From: Enterococcus rotai
GTDB lineage: Bacteria; Bacillota; Bacilli; Lactobacillales; Enterococcaceae
Direction: 5' to 3'
Length of the DNA: 24,000 nucleotides
NCBI RefSeq assembly: GCF_001465345.1
Contig: NZ_CP013655.1
Coordinates: 2,313,741-2,337,740 of the forward strand
In this document: positions 7,090-14,600 of the stretch, in pieces
How positions within the stretch are numbered: the stretch's first letter is position 1
Layout: every line of letters begins with the position of its first letter
The notes under the pieces: generated by a model
Told to the model about the DNA's origin: nothing
What the model saw: only the letters and a program-made list of their open reading frames with translations
Database searches by the model: none
Made by a program: the position numbers and the translations under genes

Positions 7090-7722
7090 ATGATCGAAAA
7101 AACTACAAATAAGCGATATAAACATTTTAATTATAAAAATGAAAGTATTTTACTAGATATGGATAGTAATAAAATAACTTGGTTTTTCCCTTTTTTAGTT
7201 TGGTTTCTTCCTGTTAAAGGATATAGAAATACTCCCCTACCATCTGATAAGACAGGGGAGAAAAAAACAAAAGGTGGTATAGTTTTTTCAATACCGATTT
7301 TATCAATCATTCTTATCCGTCTGACAGATGGTGGTTTTGGTGATTTATCAAAACTTTCAAATTATCGAGAAATAATTATGGTTATACTGTTTAGTTCAAT
7401 GATTTTGGTCTATTTAATTCGCTATTTTTGGAGATACAAAAAAAATAACTTACTTATGCAAGATAAAGAAATAGTTTACTTGAAATTTAGCTTTAATAAA
7501 GGAATTATAGGAAAGTACGAATATATCTATAAAGTCTTTATTCTTACAATAGTTTGTTACGGGATTGTTATTTTTTTTAGTAGCTACTTTATAAATGACT
7601 ATCCTAATATTATTATTTTACCGCTCATTCTTCTTGTGGAATACTTTTTATTGATTATTAATACTACAATTGCACATCCAGAGAAAGACTGTACATTTGT
7701 TGTTACTAAAGAAAAAAAATAA
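7090..7722 (+). CDS. Polytopic membrane protein, immunity candidate, paralog 1 (DUF443/TsaI-like by analogy)
   Basis: I prefer ATG 7090 over the ORF-track start at 7057. GGAG at 7077-7080 lies 9 nt upstream, and the ATG follows the toxin stop (7085-7087) by 2 nt. N-terminal motif TNKRYKHFNYKNESILLDMDSNKITWFFPFLVWFLPVKGY, then 4-5 hydrophobic helices. Confidence 0.75.
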   Translation: MIEKTTNKRYKHFNYKNESILLDMDSNKITWFFPFLVWFLPVKGYRNTPLPSDKTGEKKTKGGIVFSIPILSIILIRLTDGGFGDLSKLSNYREIIMVILFSSMILVYLIRYFWRYKKNNLLMQDKEIVYLKFSFNKGIIGKYEYIYKVFILTIVCYGIVIFFSSYFINDYPNIIILPLILLVEYFLLIINTTIAHPEKDCTFVVTKEKK

Positions 7723-7758
7723 ATATGAAATCACTGACATTTGGAATACTCTAATTGA

Positions 7759-8376
7759 TTGGGGTTGTTAATAATATTTAGTGGAAGATTTAAAGAAGTA
7801 GAGGTAAATAACAAAAAAATGTTAGTAGATTTAGATACATCCAAACTGGTATGGATAGTACCTTGGGCTGTATGGTTATTTCCGAAAAATGCTTATTGTT
7901 ATGATGCTGTAAAAGAAGATAATAAACAAAAAAAAAAGAGTTCGTCAAAAGGATTGATTGTATTAACTAGTTCAATTTTAGCCAGTGCTTTGATTAGGAA
8001 TACGGATAAAAGTTTTGGTGAATTGTCTTTCTTACAAGGGCATCCTATTGAGCTATTCCTTTGCCTTATAGTTGTTACAGCAGCTGTTTTTTACTACAGA
8101 TGGTATAGTTCAAATCGTGAGTTAAAAAGACTTAGTGATATTAAAAAATATGAAATAGTAGTGTCAAAAAAAACTAGTGGACTGATGAGCCAATTGTTAA
8201 AAGTATGTGTAGGAATCTTTATATCAATTGTAGCGTTGTATTTCTTTGGAAGTATCTTTATTTTTAAAGGAAATATTTTAGGATTAGGCGTATATTACTT
8301 TTTTTTGATAAATATTTTGTTTAGAAACTATAGTGAAAAAATTCCTGAAACTATACATTTATCTCTAAAAAAATAA
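7759..8376 (+). CDS. Polytopic membrane protein, immunity-family paralog 2 (start codon uncertain, possibly decaying)
   Basis: It shares the family motif (GRFKEVEVNNKKMLVDLDTSKLVWIVPWAVWLFPKNAY). The position equivalent to the family start codon is ATA (7774-7776). The only upstream in-frame starts are TTG 7759 and 7765, and neither has an SD. Confidence 0.5.
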   Translation: MGLLIIFSGRFKEVEVNNKKMLVDLDTSKLVWIVPWAVWLFPKNAYCYDAVKEDNKQKKKSSSKGLIVLTSSILASALIRNTDKSFGELSFLQGHPIELFLCLIVVTAAVFYYRWYSSNRELKRLSDIKKYEIVVSKKTSGLMSQLLKVCVGIFISIVALYFFGSIFIFKGNILGLGVYYFFLINILFRNYSEKIPETIHLSLKK

Positions 8377-8406
8377 AACCTGTGAGATTGTTTGGAGCTG
8401 GTGAAT

Positions 8407-9045
8407 GTGATAGTAAAAACCGAAAATAAACGTTATAAGCAATTGACCTATAATGGTCAAAAAATACTATTAGATATGGATAGCAACAAATTAACTTGGT
8501 TATTCCCTTTCTTAGTCTGGTTTTTCCCAGTTAAAGGATATATGAACGAAGAACTGCCTATTTTTAAAGAAAGTAATTCAAAAGGAAAATCATCTGGAGC
8601 AATTATAATATCTTCGTCTATTTTAGCAAGTGTTTTGATTAGAATGACGAATAAAGGATTTGGTGATCTCAGGGGATTTTCAAATCCACAATTAGTTGCA
8701 GGAACAGTATTATTTTGTTCTATGGTAATAGTTATACTTATTCGCTATTTTTATAGATACAGAAAAAATCACGTGTTACTTTCGAATGAAAAAGTTGTTT
8801 TAATTAGATTTAAATTTATGGATGGTTTTAAGAGCAAATATAACTATATTGGGAAAGTGTTACTAGTTGTCATTTTTTGTTATGCAGTTGTGTTCTATTT
8901 TAGTATTACTTTTTTAACGTCTTATCTTAATATTATCCTTATCCCAGTTATATGTATGGTTGAATATCTAATCTCAATTGCTAACACAACGATTGAGCCA
9001 CCAGAAACGGATGTAGAATTGTTGATTGAAATAAAAGATGAATAG
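8407..9045 (+). CDS. Polytopic membrane protein, immunity candidate, paralog 3
   Basis: I prefer GTG 8407 (GGAG at 8394-8397, 9 nt upstream), the same geometry as paralog 1; the ORF track starts at TTG 8392. It is closest to paralog 1: ENKRYKQLTYNGQKILLDMDSNKLTWLFPFLVWFFPVKGY. Confidence 0.7.
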   Translation: MIVKTENKRYKQLTYNGQKILLDMDSNKLTWLFPFLVWFFPVKGYMNEELPIFKESNSKGKSSGAIIISSSILASVLIRMTNKGFGDLRGFSNPQLVAGTVLFCSMVIVILIRYFYRYRKNHVLLSNEKVVLIRFKFMDGFKSKYNYIGKVLLVVIFCYAVVFYFSITFLTSYLNIILIPVICMVEYLISIANTTIEPPETDVELLIEIKDE

Positions 9046-9069
9046 AAATTAAAACAGGGGGAACAAAGT

Positions 9070-9375
9070 ATGCAGACATTAGGAACAATCTTATATTTAA
9101 AAGATGGACGAGCTAAAGTAATGATAATAAATAGAGGACCTATCGTGGAAAAAGAAGGGATATCATTTTTATATGATTACGCGGGTTGCGTGTATCCCAT
9201 CGGAATGAATCCAGAACAAGTTTTATATTTTAATGAAGAGAATATCGATAAAGTTTTATTTGAAGGATATCGTGATGAAGATGAACAACGTTTTGAAGAA
9301 CTTTATAAAAAATCTGTTGAAGATTTAGGAGATTCTGTGATGAAAGGATTGCCTAATTTAAATCTTAAAAGCTAA
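9070..9375 (+). CDS. DUF4176-like small protein (recurrent T7SSb/LXG-locus accessory protein)
   Basis: GGGGG RBS lies 8 nt upstream. The 101-aa protein reads LGTILYLKDGRAKVMIINRGPIV...YDYAGCVYPIGMNPEQVLYFNEENIDKVLFEGY, which matches my memory of the DUF4176 pattern (YP.G......FF....I). Confidence 0.6.
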   Translation: MQTLGTILYLKDGRAKVMIINRGPIVEKEGISFLYDYAGCVYPIGMNPEQVLYFNEENIDKVLFEGYRDEDEQRFEELYKKSVEDLGDSVMKGLPNLNLKS

Positions 9376-9442
9376 ATAAAGTGCTCATCTTATATGTAAT
9401 GGAAAGGGAAAATAGCGGTATAGTAGGGCTATATGTTGAGAT

Positions 9443-10075
9443 ATGATGAAAGTTTATGAATCTACAAATAAAAGGTACAAACTAGCTGAACTAGATACAA
9501 ACTATTATTTAATTGATATGGATAGCAATATCTTGGCTTATTTTCTCCCTACTTTAGTTTGGTTCTTCCCTTTTAGAGCAGTTGAGATAGATAAAGGAAT
9601 GTTTAATAAGCTAGTGTCTAATGGTCAAAAAGAGTATGGTATTATGGCTACTGTTGCTATATCGATGTTTGTTGGAAGACCAGTTTACAAACTATCGACT
9701 ATTTTTTTTCAAGAGCTTGATGTTACTTCTGAACTAGATAAACGTGCAATTTATTTACTGATAACATTTGGCTGTTTGCTTATTTTTAGATCTATTATTA
9801 TGTTCTACAATAAGCATAAGCTTAGAAAAGTATTATTTGGAGTAGGTTACAATGTAACAATTGAGATTGAGAAAGAGAGTATTTCTACATATTACAAGAA
9901 GCATAGTATTATTCGATTGATTTTGATAGTTATGATTGCAGTAGGGATAATCTATATAACGATTGTTTATCTGTTTGATTTCATTGTAGTTTTTATTTTA
10001 AGTGTACTTATTTTTATATTTATGAATAGAAGTTATCTATTTCCTTACGGTAGTCGTTTTCATATAAAAGACTAA
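9443..10075 (+). CDS. Polytopic membrane protein, immunity-family paralog 4
   Basis: STNKRYKLAELDTNYYLIDMDSNILAYFLPTLVWFFPFRA followed by hydrophobic helices. The RBS is weak. Confidence 0.65.
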   Translation: MMKVYESTNKRYKLAELDTNYYLIDMDSNILAYFLPTLVWFFPFRAVEIDKGMFNKLVSNGQKEYGIMATVAISMFVGRPVYKLSTIFFQELDVTSELDKRAIYLLITFGCLLIFRSIIMFYNKHKLRKVLFGVGYNVTIEIEKESISTYYKKHSIIRLILIVMIAVGIIYITIVYLFDFIVVFILSVLIFIFMNRSYLFPYGSRFHIKD

Positions 10076-10198
10076 GAGATTGGAAGAATTAAACGTACAA
10101 ATAAGAGTCAATAACTTTATGGTTGTTGACTCTTCCTATATACACGGTACAGACGATTAGACTTCTCCAAAACTAAAGTAAAACAATATTAAAATGGA

Positions 10199-10915
10199 TT
10201 GGATGTGATAAAGCTGGAGTTTACCGCTGCAAAACCTCTGTATAATAACCATCGTTATAATGTAATACATTCTCAATCAAACTACTATCTAATTGACAAA
10301 GATAGTTCATTCTTAGGTTATTTCTTTTTCGGATTAAATTGGCTAATGCCACAAAAAGCGTACATCTTAAATAAAAGCCAAGCTGACGATTTGCTAGCTC
10401 ATCGAGTTGAAACTAAAAATAGAAAAGTGTTAAGCAGCATTTTAATAGTGCTAATGATTTTAATTTTTAATATAGTATTACCCAAGTTATTAACTCTTTT
10501 TTATGCTTCAACAAGTATAGAAAATAGCCGAATTATTGAAATTGGAAATACAGTTATGATGATTCCGCCAAGTCGGTACATATTTATGCTGTTACTTATA
10601 ACACTATTTCCTGCTTTGATAATTCGAGTATTCTGGTCTTTTCAATCAAAGAAATCCATGCTGAAAATAATTAAATATGATGAATTGTCTGTTACTCAAA
10701 TTAAGGTGAGACCAGGTTCGTTAGTTGACACTTTAAAAAAATTAGGTGTGTACTTTATGTTCCTATCATTAGTGATTATAGCGGGATTTTTGCTTGTGAT
10801 AACGGAAGGCTATTGGATTATCTCTTTATGTTTGGTGATGTTGTTTTTATTATTTCTATTAACCAATCATCTATCAATAAATACAGGGAAATACAAAATA
10901 TATCAAAAGAGATAA
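10199..10915 (+). CDS. Polytopic membrane protein, divergent immunity-family paralog 5
   Basis: The start is TTG 10199 or GTG 10205. NNHRYNVIHSQSNYYLIDKDSSFLGYFFFGLNWLMPQKAY keeps the family pattern, and multiple TM helices follow. Confidence 0.6.
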   Translation: MDVIKLEFTAAKPLYNNHRYNVIHSQSNYYLIDKDSSFLGYFFFGLNWLMPQKAYILNKSQADDLLAHRVETKNRKVLSSILIVLMILIFNIVLPKLLTLFYASTSIENSRIIEIGNTVMMIPPSRYIFMLLLITLFPALIIRVFWSFQSKKSMLKIIKYDELSVTQIKVRPGSLVDTLKKLGVYFMFLSLVIIAGFLLVITEGYWIISLCLVMLFLLFLLTNHLSINTGKYKIYQKR

Positions 10916-11052
10916 CCGATCAATAGCTATTGATAGACATATTTGTCGCATTTGGAGAATGTTCTCGAGTTAAGGAGTGAGGAGCTAAAATGTGGAAAAG
11001 ATATGTTGCTGTATATAATGGTGAAGCAGGGGAAAAGAGTATATTTTTAGAT
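10912..11052 (+). repeat. Right copy of the ~135-bp direct repeat (partner at 4704-4837)
   Basis: It spans the last codons of paralog 5, the intergenic region with its RBS, and the first 21 codons of 10990..11553. It is collinear with 4704-4837. Confidence 0.8.
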
Positions 11053-11553
11053 ACAGTAACAAAAAAGTTAGTAGTAGTTGAAATTGAGATGACTTCTTAT
11101 AGATCAACGATATTGTCAGGATTTTTAGGAGTGACTATTTATTATGTATTTGGGAATGTACTTTTTAAATCTTCTTTAAGTCCTGTTACTTTAATAGCAC
11201 TAATTTTATTTATTGGTTGTTTAGGTGGTGCTTTCTTTAATTTGTTAATAAATAAGATTGCTAATAGTGATAAAAATAAGTTGAATTATTTAACTAACGT
11301 TAGCGAAGATGAACTAAAAGCGTATCTTGTTAAAGGAAGAAAACAAATGAGGAAGAATTTTCTACTGATTATTTTTCTTTTTGTTATGGTAATACTCTCG
11401 TTGCTTCCAATTTATTTTAAGGAATATTCGCTATTGTTGCTTCTTGCTTCAATTTTTTTCACAACACTGTTTATATTCTTTATATGTATTGTTTCACCAG
11501 TTAAGAGGATAAAGGCTTATAGATATATTGAAAAAATGAAGTGTCTATCATAA
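10990..11553 (+). CDS. Four-TM membrane protein, distant member or neighbour of the immunity family
   Basis: AAGGAGTGAGGAG RBS. The N-terminus WKRYVAVYNGEAGEKSIFLDTVTKKL echoes the KRY..Y.....LD....K pattern of the paralogs. Four hydrophobic helices follow. Confidence 0.65.
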   Translation: MWKRYVAVYNGEAGEKSIFLDTVTKKLVVVEIEMTSYRSTILSGFLGVTIYYVFGNVLFKSSLSPVTLIALILFIGCLGGAFFNLLINKIANSDKNKLNYLTNVSEDELKAYLVKGRKQMRKNFLLIIFLFVMVILSLLPIYFKEYSLLLLLASIFFTTLFIFFICIVSPVKRIKAYRYIEKMKCLS

Positions 11554-11599
11554 AAAATGATAATAATTAACAATCTAGAATTAGAAAGAAGGGTTTGAG

Positions 11600-13597
11600 A
11601 TGGGGATTTATAAACATGATACAGCTCCTTTTTGTTATGAAAATATGGATAGATTTAAGTTCACGAGGAGTGAATTAAATGTGTGTTCAAAACTTATAGA
11701 TGTAATGTCCAAAGGGGAAGGGCTTTATGTATTTTCTGGTATGAGAGGTACAGGGAAAACAAGTATAAAAGAATTAGCTTTTTTAAAGATGGAAAAATCT
11801 AGTTTAACTGACTCAGAAAAGATAATAAAAATAAATATTCCTTTTTATAGTGATGATAATAATTTAAGAATACTTATTATTAAGGCACTTTATGATTACT
11901 TTAGTAAGAAGTCTGACATTAGTATACTTGAAAAATTAAAAGATTTACTATTGCTTTTTGAGAATCAAATAAAGGAAAGTAATATTTTTTCTCAAAGTGA
12001 TAAAAATGAAACGGATGTAGAGACAAAAACCTCATTTTTTAATAGTATTTATAATAAGTTTGGCTTGAGATTTTTAGGTAATTGGATTCCATTACAAGTA
12101 AAAAGTGAATTTAGTAATTCTAAAACAGACTCCTTAGAAAATTCCGAAAAGCAAAAATTTTCTAGGGAGGAACAAGTTGCAAAGGAGTTTAGCAAAGAAA
12201 TTACAATTCAAGAGAAGCATGTTCAACTAGAAGAATTTATGAGAAGTATATTGAAAAAGTATAGAATAGTTTTAATTATTGATGAGATAGATAAACTTGA
12301 ACATAGTAAGGTTGAAAAAATAATTTTACAAAATAAGGGAATGTTTTTCAATAAAAATTTGGTGACACTACTTATTACTGATTTATCTAGTGGGCTTTAT
12401 TTGGAAGAGCACTCAAAAGAATATGTAAGTGATTTTATATATTTAAATAACCTAACATTTGAGGAGTATGCATTAAAAGCAATTAATTTAGAATTAGAAC
12501 GAGGATATAGGTTATATAGTTTGATAGATGGTTATTATCAAACATGCGGAAATAATAGAAAGATGATTAACTCGTTAATTAATAGTAATGAAAAGTTTTC
12601 TCTTTCAAATTCATTGTCGCTATTTTATTTACATCATTCAAGTTATTTTGAAGGCTTGAAATATGAATACAAAGATATAGTTACTTTGTTTTATATAGAG
12701 TTTTTAGAACTCCTTTCCATACTTGAAGAACTTTCCTCAAATGAAATTTTTGAGTTTTTAGAAGATTTTATTTTGAGATACAGGCTTGATAACTTGAAAA
12801 TAAAATTAATTTTAGAAAAATTAATTTTAGAGTTAAAGAAGTGTTTTCATATTTATCCTTATATTTTTATGGAAGATATAAGTAGAAGTGTAACAAATTT
12901 TGAAAAAAATAAAACAATTATAGGATTACTAGAAAGTGTAGAATATAGGGTGTATGATCAATCATCTAAAATTTTCAAAAAAGCATTTCTTTATAATAAC
13001 TACAGGATATTTGAGAAAAATTATATAACTTTTCTTAAAGACTGGTCAAATGAAAAGCATGCCTATCTGGGGTCGGAAGCTGAACAAAAATTTTTGAATT
13101 ATTATTTAGAATGTTGTGGTTTGTTTATTGATGCAACAAATTTAGATTACTATAGTGCTAAATTAGAATTTATAATGCATCACAGTTTTAACAAAGAATC
13201 TAGTGCTGAGAAGGATATAGAAATCAATAAAAACGAGATTTTAGGAGTAATAGTTTTCTATCCATATTTTGAAGAGTTAGATGAAAATTATAAACCGTTG
13301 TATAATTGCTACATAATAAAAAGAAATTTTATGAATGAATTGATGGCATATTCGTATGTAGGTTATCCGGGATTAACTTCACATAAATCAAGTGATAGAA
13401 ATAAATTTATTCCATTTTTGAAAAAACAAGGAGTTCCGTATGTTGAAATTTCAAATGACTTTTTTAGTAAGAAAGAAAATTTTTGGTCTGTCGGTTTGGA
13501 GGATGAGTACGGTGATGAATTGGAGAAATTTATTGTTAATAAAACTAGACCGTATTTGAAAGACTGGTTGATTAAACTATGTGATAGAGTTTTCTAA
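11600..13597 (+). CDS. P-loop NTPase (AAA/Arch_ATPase-like N-terminal domain) with ~350-aa uncharacterised C-terminal region
   Basis: Walker A is GMRGTGKTS, preceded by the F.R.EL......L pattern. Walker B is IVLIIDEIDKL. A lid-like segment reads IYLNNLTFEEYALKAI. The gene is very AT-rich. There is no terminator between it and 10990..11553. Confidence 0.7.
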   Translation: MGIYKHDTAPFCYENMDRFKFTRSELNVCSKLIDVMSKGEGLYVFSGMRGTGKTSIKELAFLKMEKSSLTDSEKIIKINIPFYSDDNNLRILIIKALYDYFSKKSDISILEKLKDLLLLFENQIKESNIFSQSDKNETDVETKTSFFNSIYNKFGLRFLGNWIPLQVKSEFSNSKTDSLENSEKQKFSREEQVAKEFSKEITIQEKHVQLEEFMRSILKKYRIVLIIDEIDKLEHSKVEKIILQNKGMFFNKNLVTLLITDLSSGLYLEEHSKEYVSDFIYLNNLTFEEYALKAINLELERGYRLYSLIDGYYQTCGNNRKMINSLINSNEKFSLSNSLSLFYLHHSSYFEGLKYEYKDIVTLFYIEFLELLSILEELSSNEIFEFLEDFILRYRLDNLKIKLILEKLILELKKCFHIYPYIFMEDISRSVTNFEKNKTIIGLLESVEYRVYDQSSKIFKKAFLYNNYRIFEKNYITFLKDWSNEKHAYLGSEAEQKFLNYYLECCGLFIDATNLDYYSAKLEFIMHHSFNKESSAEKDIEINKNEILGVIVFYPYFEELDENYKPLYNCYIIKRNFMNELMAYSYVGYPGLTSHKSSDRNKFIPFLKKQGVPYVEISNDFFSKKENFWSVGLEDEYGDELEKFIVNKTRPYLKDWLIKLCDRVF

Positions 13598-13821
13598 ATA
13601 AGAATATAAGATAAAATATTGTGTGTAAGTTAAAATTATTTGAAGGAGCAGAAACTTTATATTCACGAGAGTAATCAAATATTTTTAGGAAAAAAGCTGA
13701 AAATGGAAAAATAGTTACACAATCTAGCAAGTTTTTACTATCAAATTTTAACTAACTGTACTTTATTCTTTTTTCGATGTATAATTTAACCAATTATTTA
13801 AAACATACTGGAGTGAAAAAA

Positions 13822-14550
13822 ATGACTGATGAAAAAAATATGAATCATAACAATGAAGAAATTATAGAAAAGGCAAAAAAATTTTTTAGAGAAATAATTG
13901 CTGAAAATCATGTGAAAAACACAGAGAAGCTAGAAAATATAAAGGAATTTAAAGTTAATCCATTTACTCATAAATATTTGGCAAACTTTTTGACGGGAAA
14001 TGATGACCCCAAAAGCTTGGCGAAAGCATTAATATATCCTAGAGTTTTGGGTACTTCAATTACCACATCATTTGGACAAAATTTACAAACTTTTGTCAAT
14101 ACTACACTTGAAGGATATGGGTCAACAACAACAGGAATGGATATTGAATTTATAGATAAATTAGACGGAAGAAAAAAATATTGCCAAATCAAAGCTGGAC
14201 CCCAAACAATAAATAAAGATGATGTTACAACTATAAGAAACCATTTTCGAGATGTTATTAATCTAGGTCGTACTAATGGTATTCCTATTGCAAATATGGA
14301 CTGTGTTGTAGGGGTTTTTTATGGAACTTATAATGATTTAAGCGCATTCTATAAGAATTTAGCTGAAGATTATACTGTATTAGCTGGAAAAGATTTTTGG
14401 TATCATTTAACTGGAGACGAGGACTTTTATAATAAGCTCACAGATGCAATTGGGGAAATAGCTAATGAATTTGATGGAACTGAGCTTTTAGAAAAAACCA
14501 TTAATCAGTTAGCGATGCAGTTGCAACAGGTTGATGGTATAGATGAATAA
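13822..14550 (+). CDS. Putative type II restriction endonuclease (PD-(D/E)XK-like)
   Basis: I prefer ATG 13822 (GGAG at 13810-13813) over the ORF-track start at 13777. That start lies inside a TATAAT box at 13780-13785. Candidate catalytic motif GMDIEFIDKLDGRKKYCQIKAG (D-x14-Q-x-K). The gene is convergent with a C5 methyltransferase and shares a terminator with it. A TdeIII/Eco47II-type family is only a guess. Confidence 0.55.
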   Translation: MTDEKNMNHNNEEIIEKAKKFFREIIAENHVKNTEKLENIKEFKVNPFTHKYLANFLTGNDDPKSLAKALIYPRVLGTSITTSFGQNLQTFVNTTLEGYGSTTTGMDIEFIDKLDGRKKYCQIKAGPQTINKDDVTTIRNHFRDVINLGRTNGIPIANMDCVVGVFYGTYNDLSAFYKNLAEDYTVLAGKDFWYHLTGDEDFYNKLTDAIGEIANEFDGTELLEKTINQLAMQLQQVDGIDE

Positions 14551-14556
14551 ATAGTA

Positions 14557-14597
14557 AAGAAGCAGTCATTTGTTGTAAATACAAAAGACTGCTTCTT
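14557..14597. terminator. Bidirectional terminator hairpin between the convergent R and M genes
   Basis: AAGAAGCAGTC (14557-14567) pairs with GACTGCTTCTT (14587-14597). An inner TTTGT/ACAAA pairing extends the stem. Confidence 0.7.
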
Positions 14598-14600
14598 ACT

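Noticed and set aside
805-7125. Antisense ORFs inside confident genes: 805..1005, 1508..1726, 2129..2332, 3439..3627, 5223..5426, 5546..5755, 6460..6699 and 6763..7125. ORF 13968..14192 further right is the same kind.
   Set aside because: Each lies wholly within, and opposite to, a longer ORF that has an RBS and recognisable motifs. None has an RBS or a family resemblance.
13618-13730. Imperfect inverted repeat ATTGTGTGTAAGT ... AGTTACACAAT upstream of the nuclease gene, considered as a C-box-like operator
   Set aside because: The arms are about 95 nt apart and imperfect. No controller-protein gene is present, and the sequence is AT-rich low-complexity. The evidence is insufficient.
13777-13821. 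ORF-track start of the nuclease gene at 13777
   Set aside because: The ATG at 13777-13779 abuts the TATAAT -10 box at 13780-13785, and it has no RBS. ATG 13822 follows GGAG at proper spacing.
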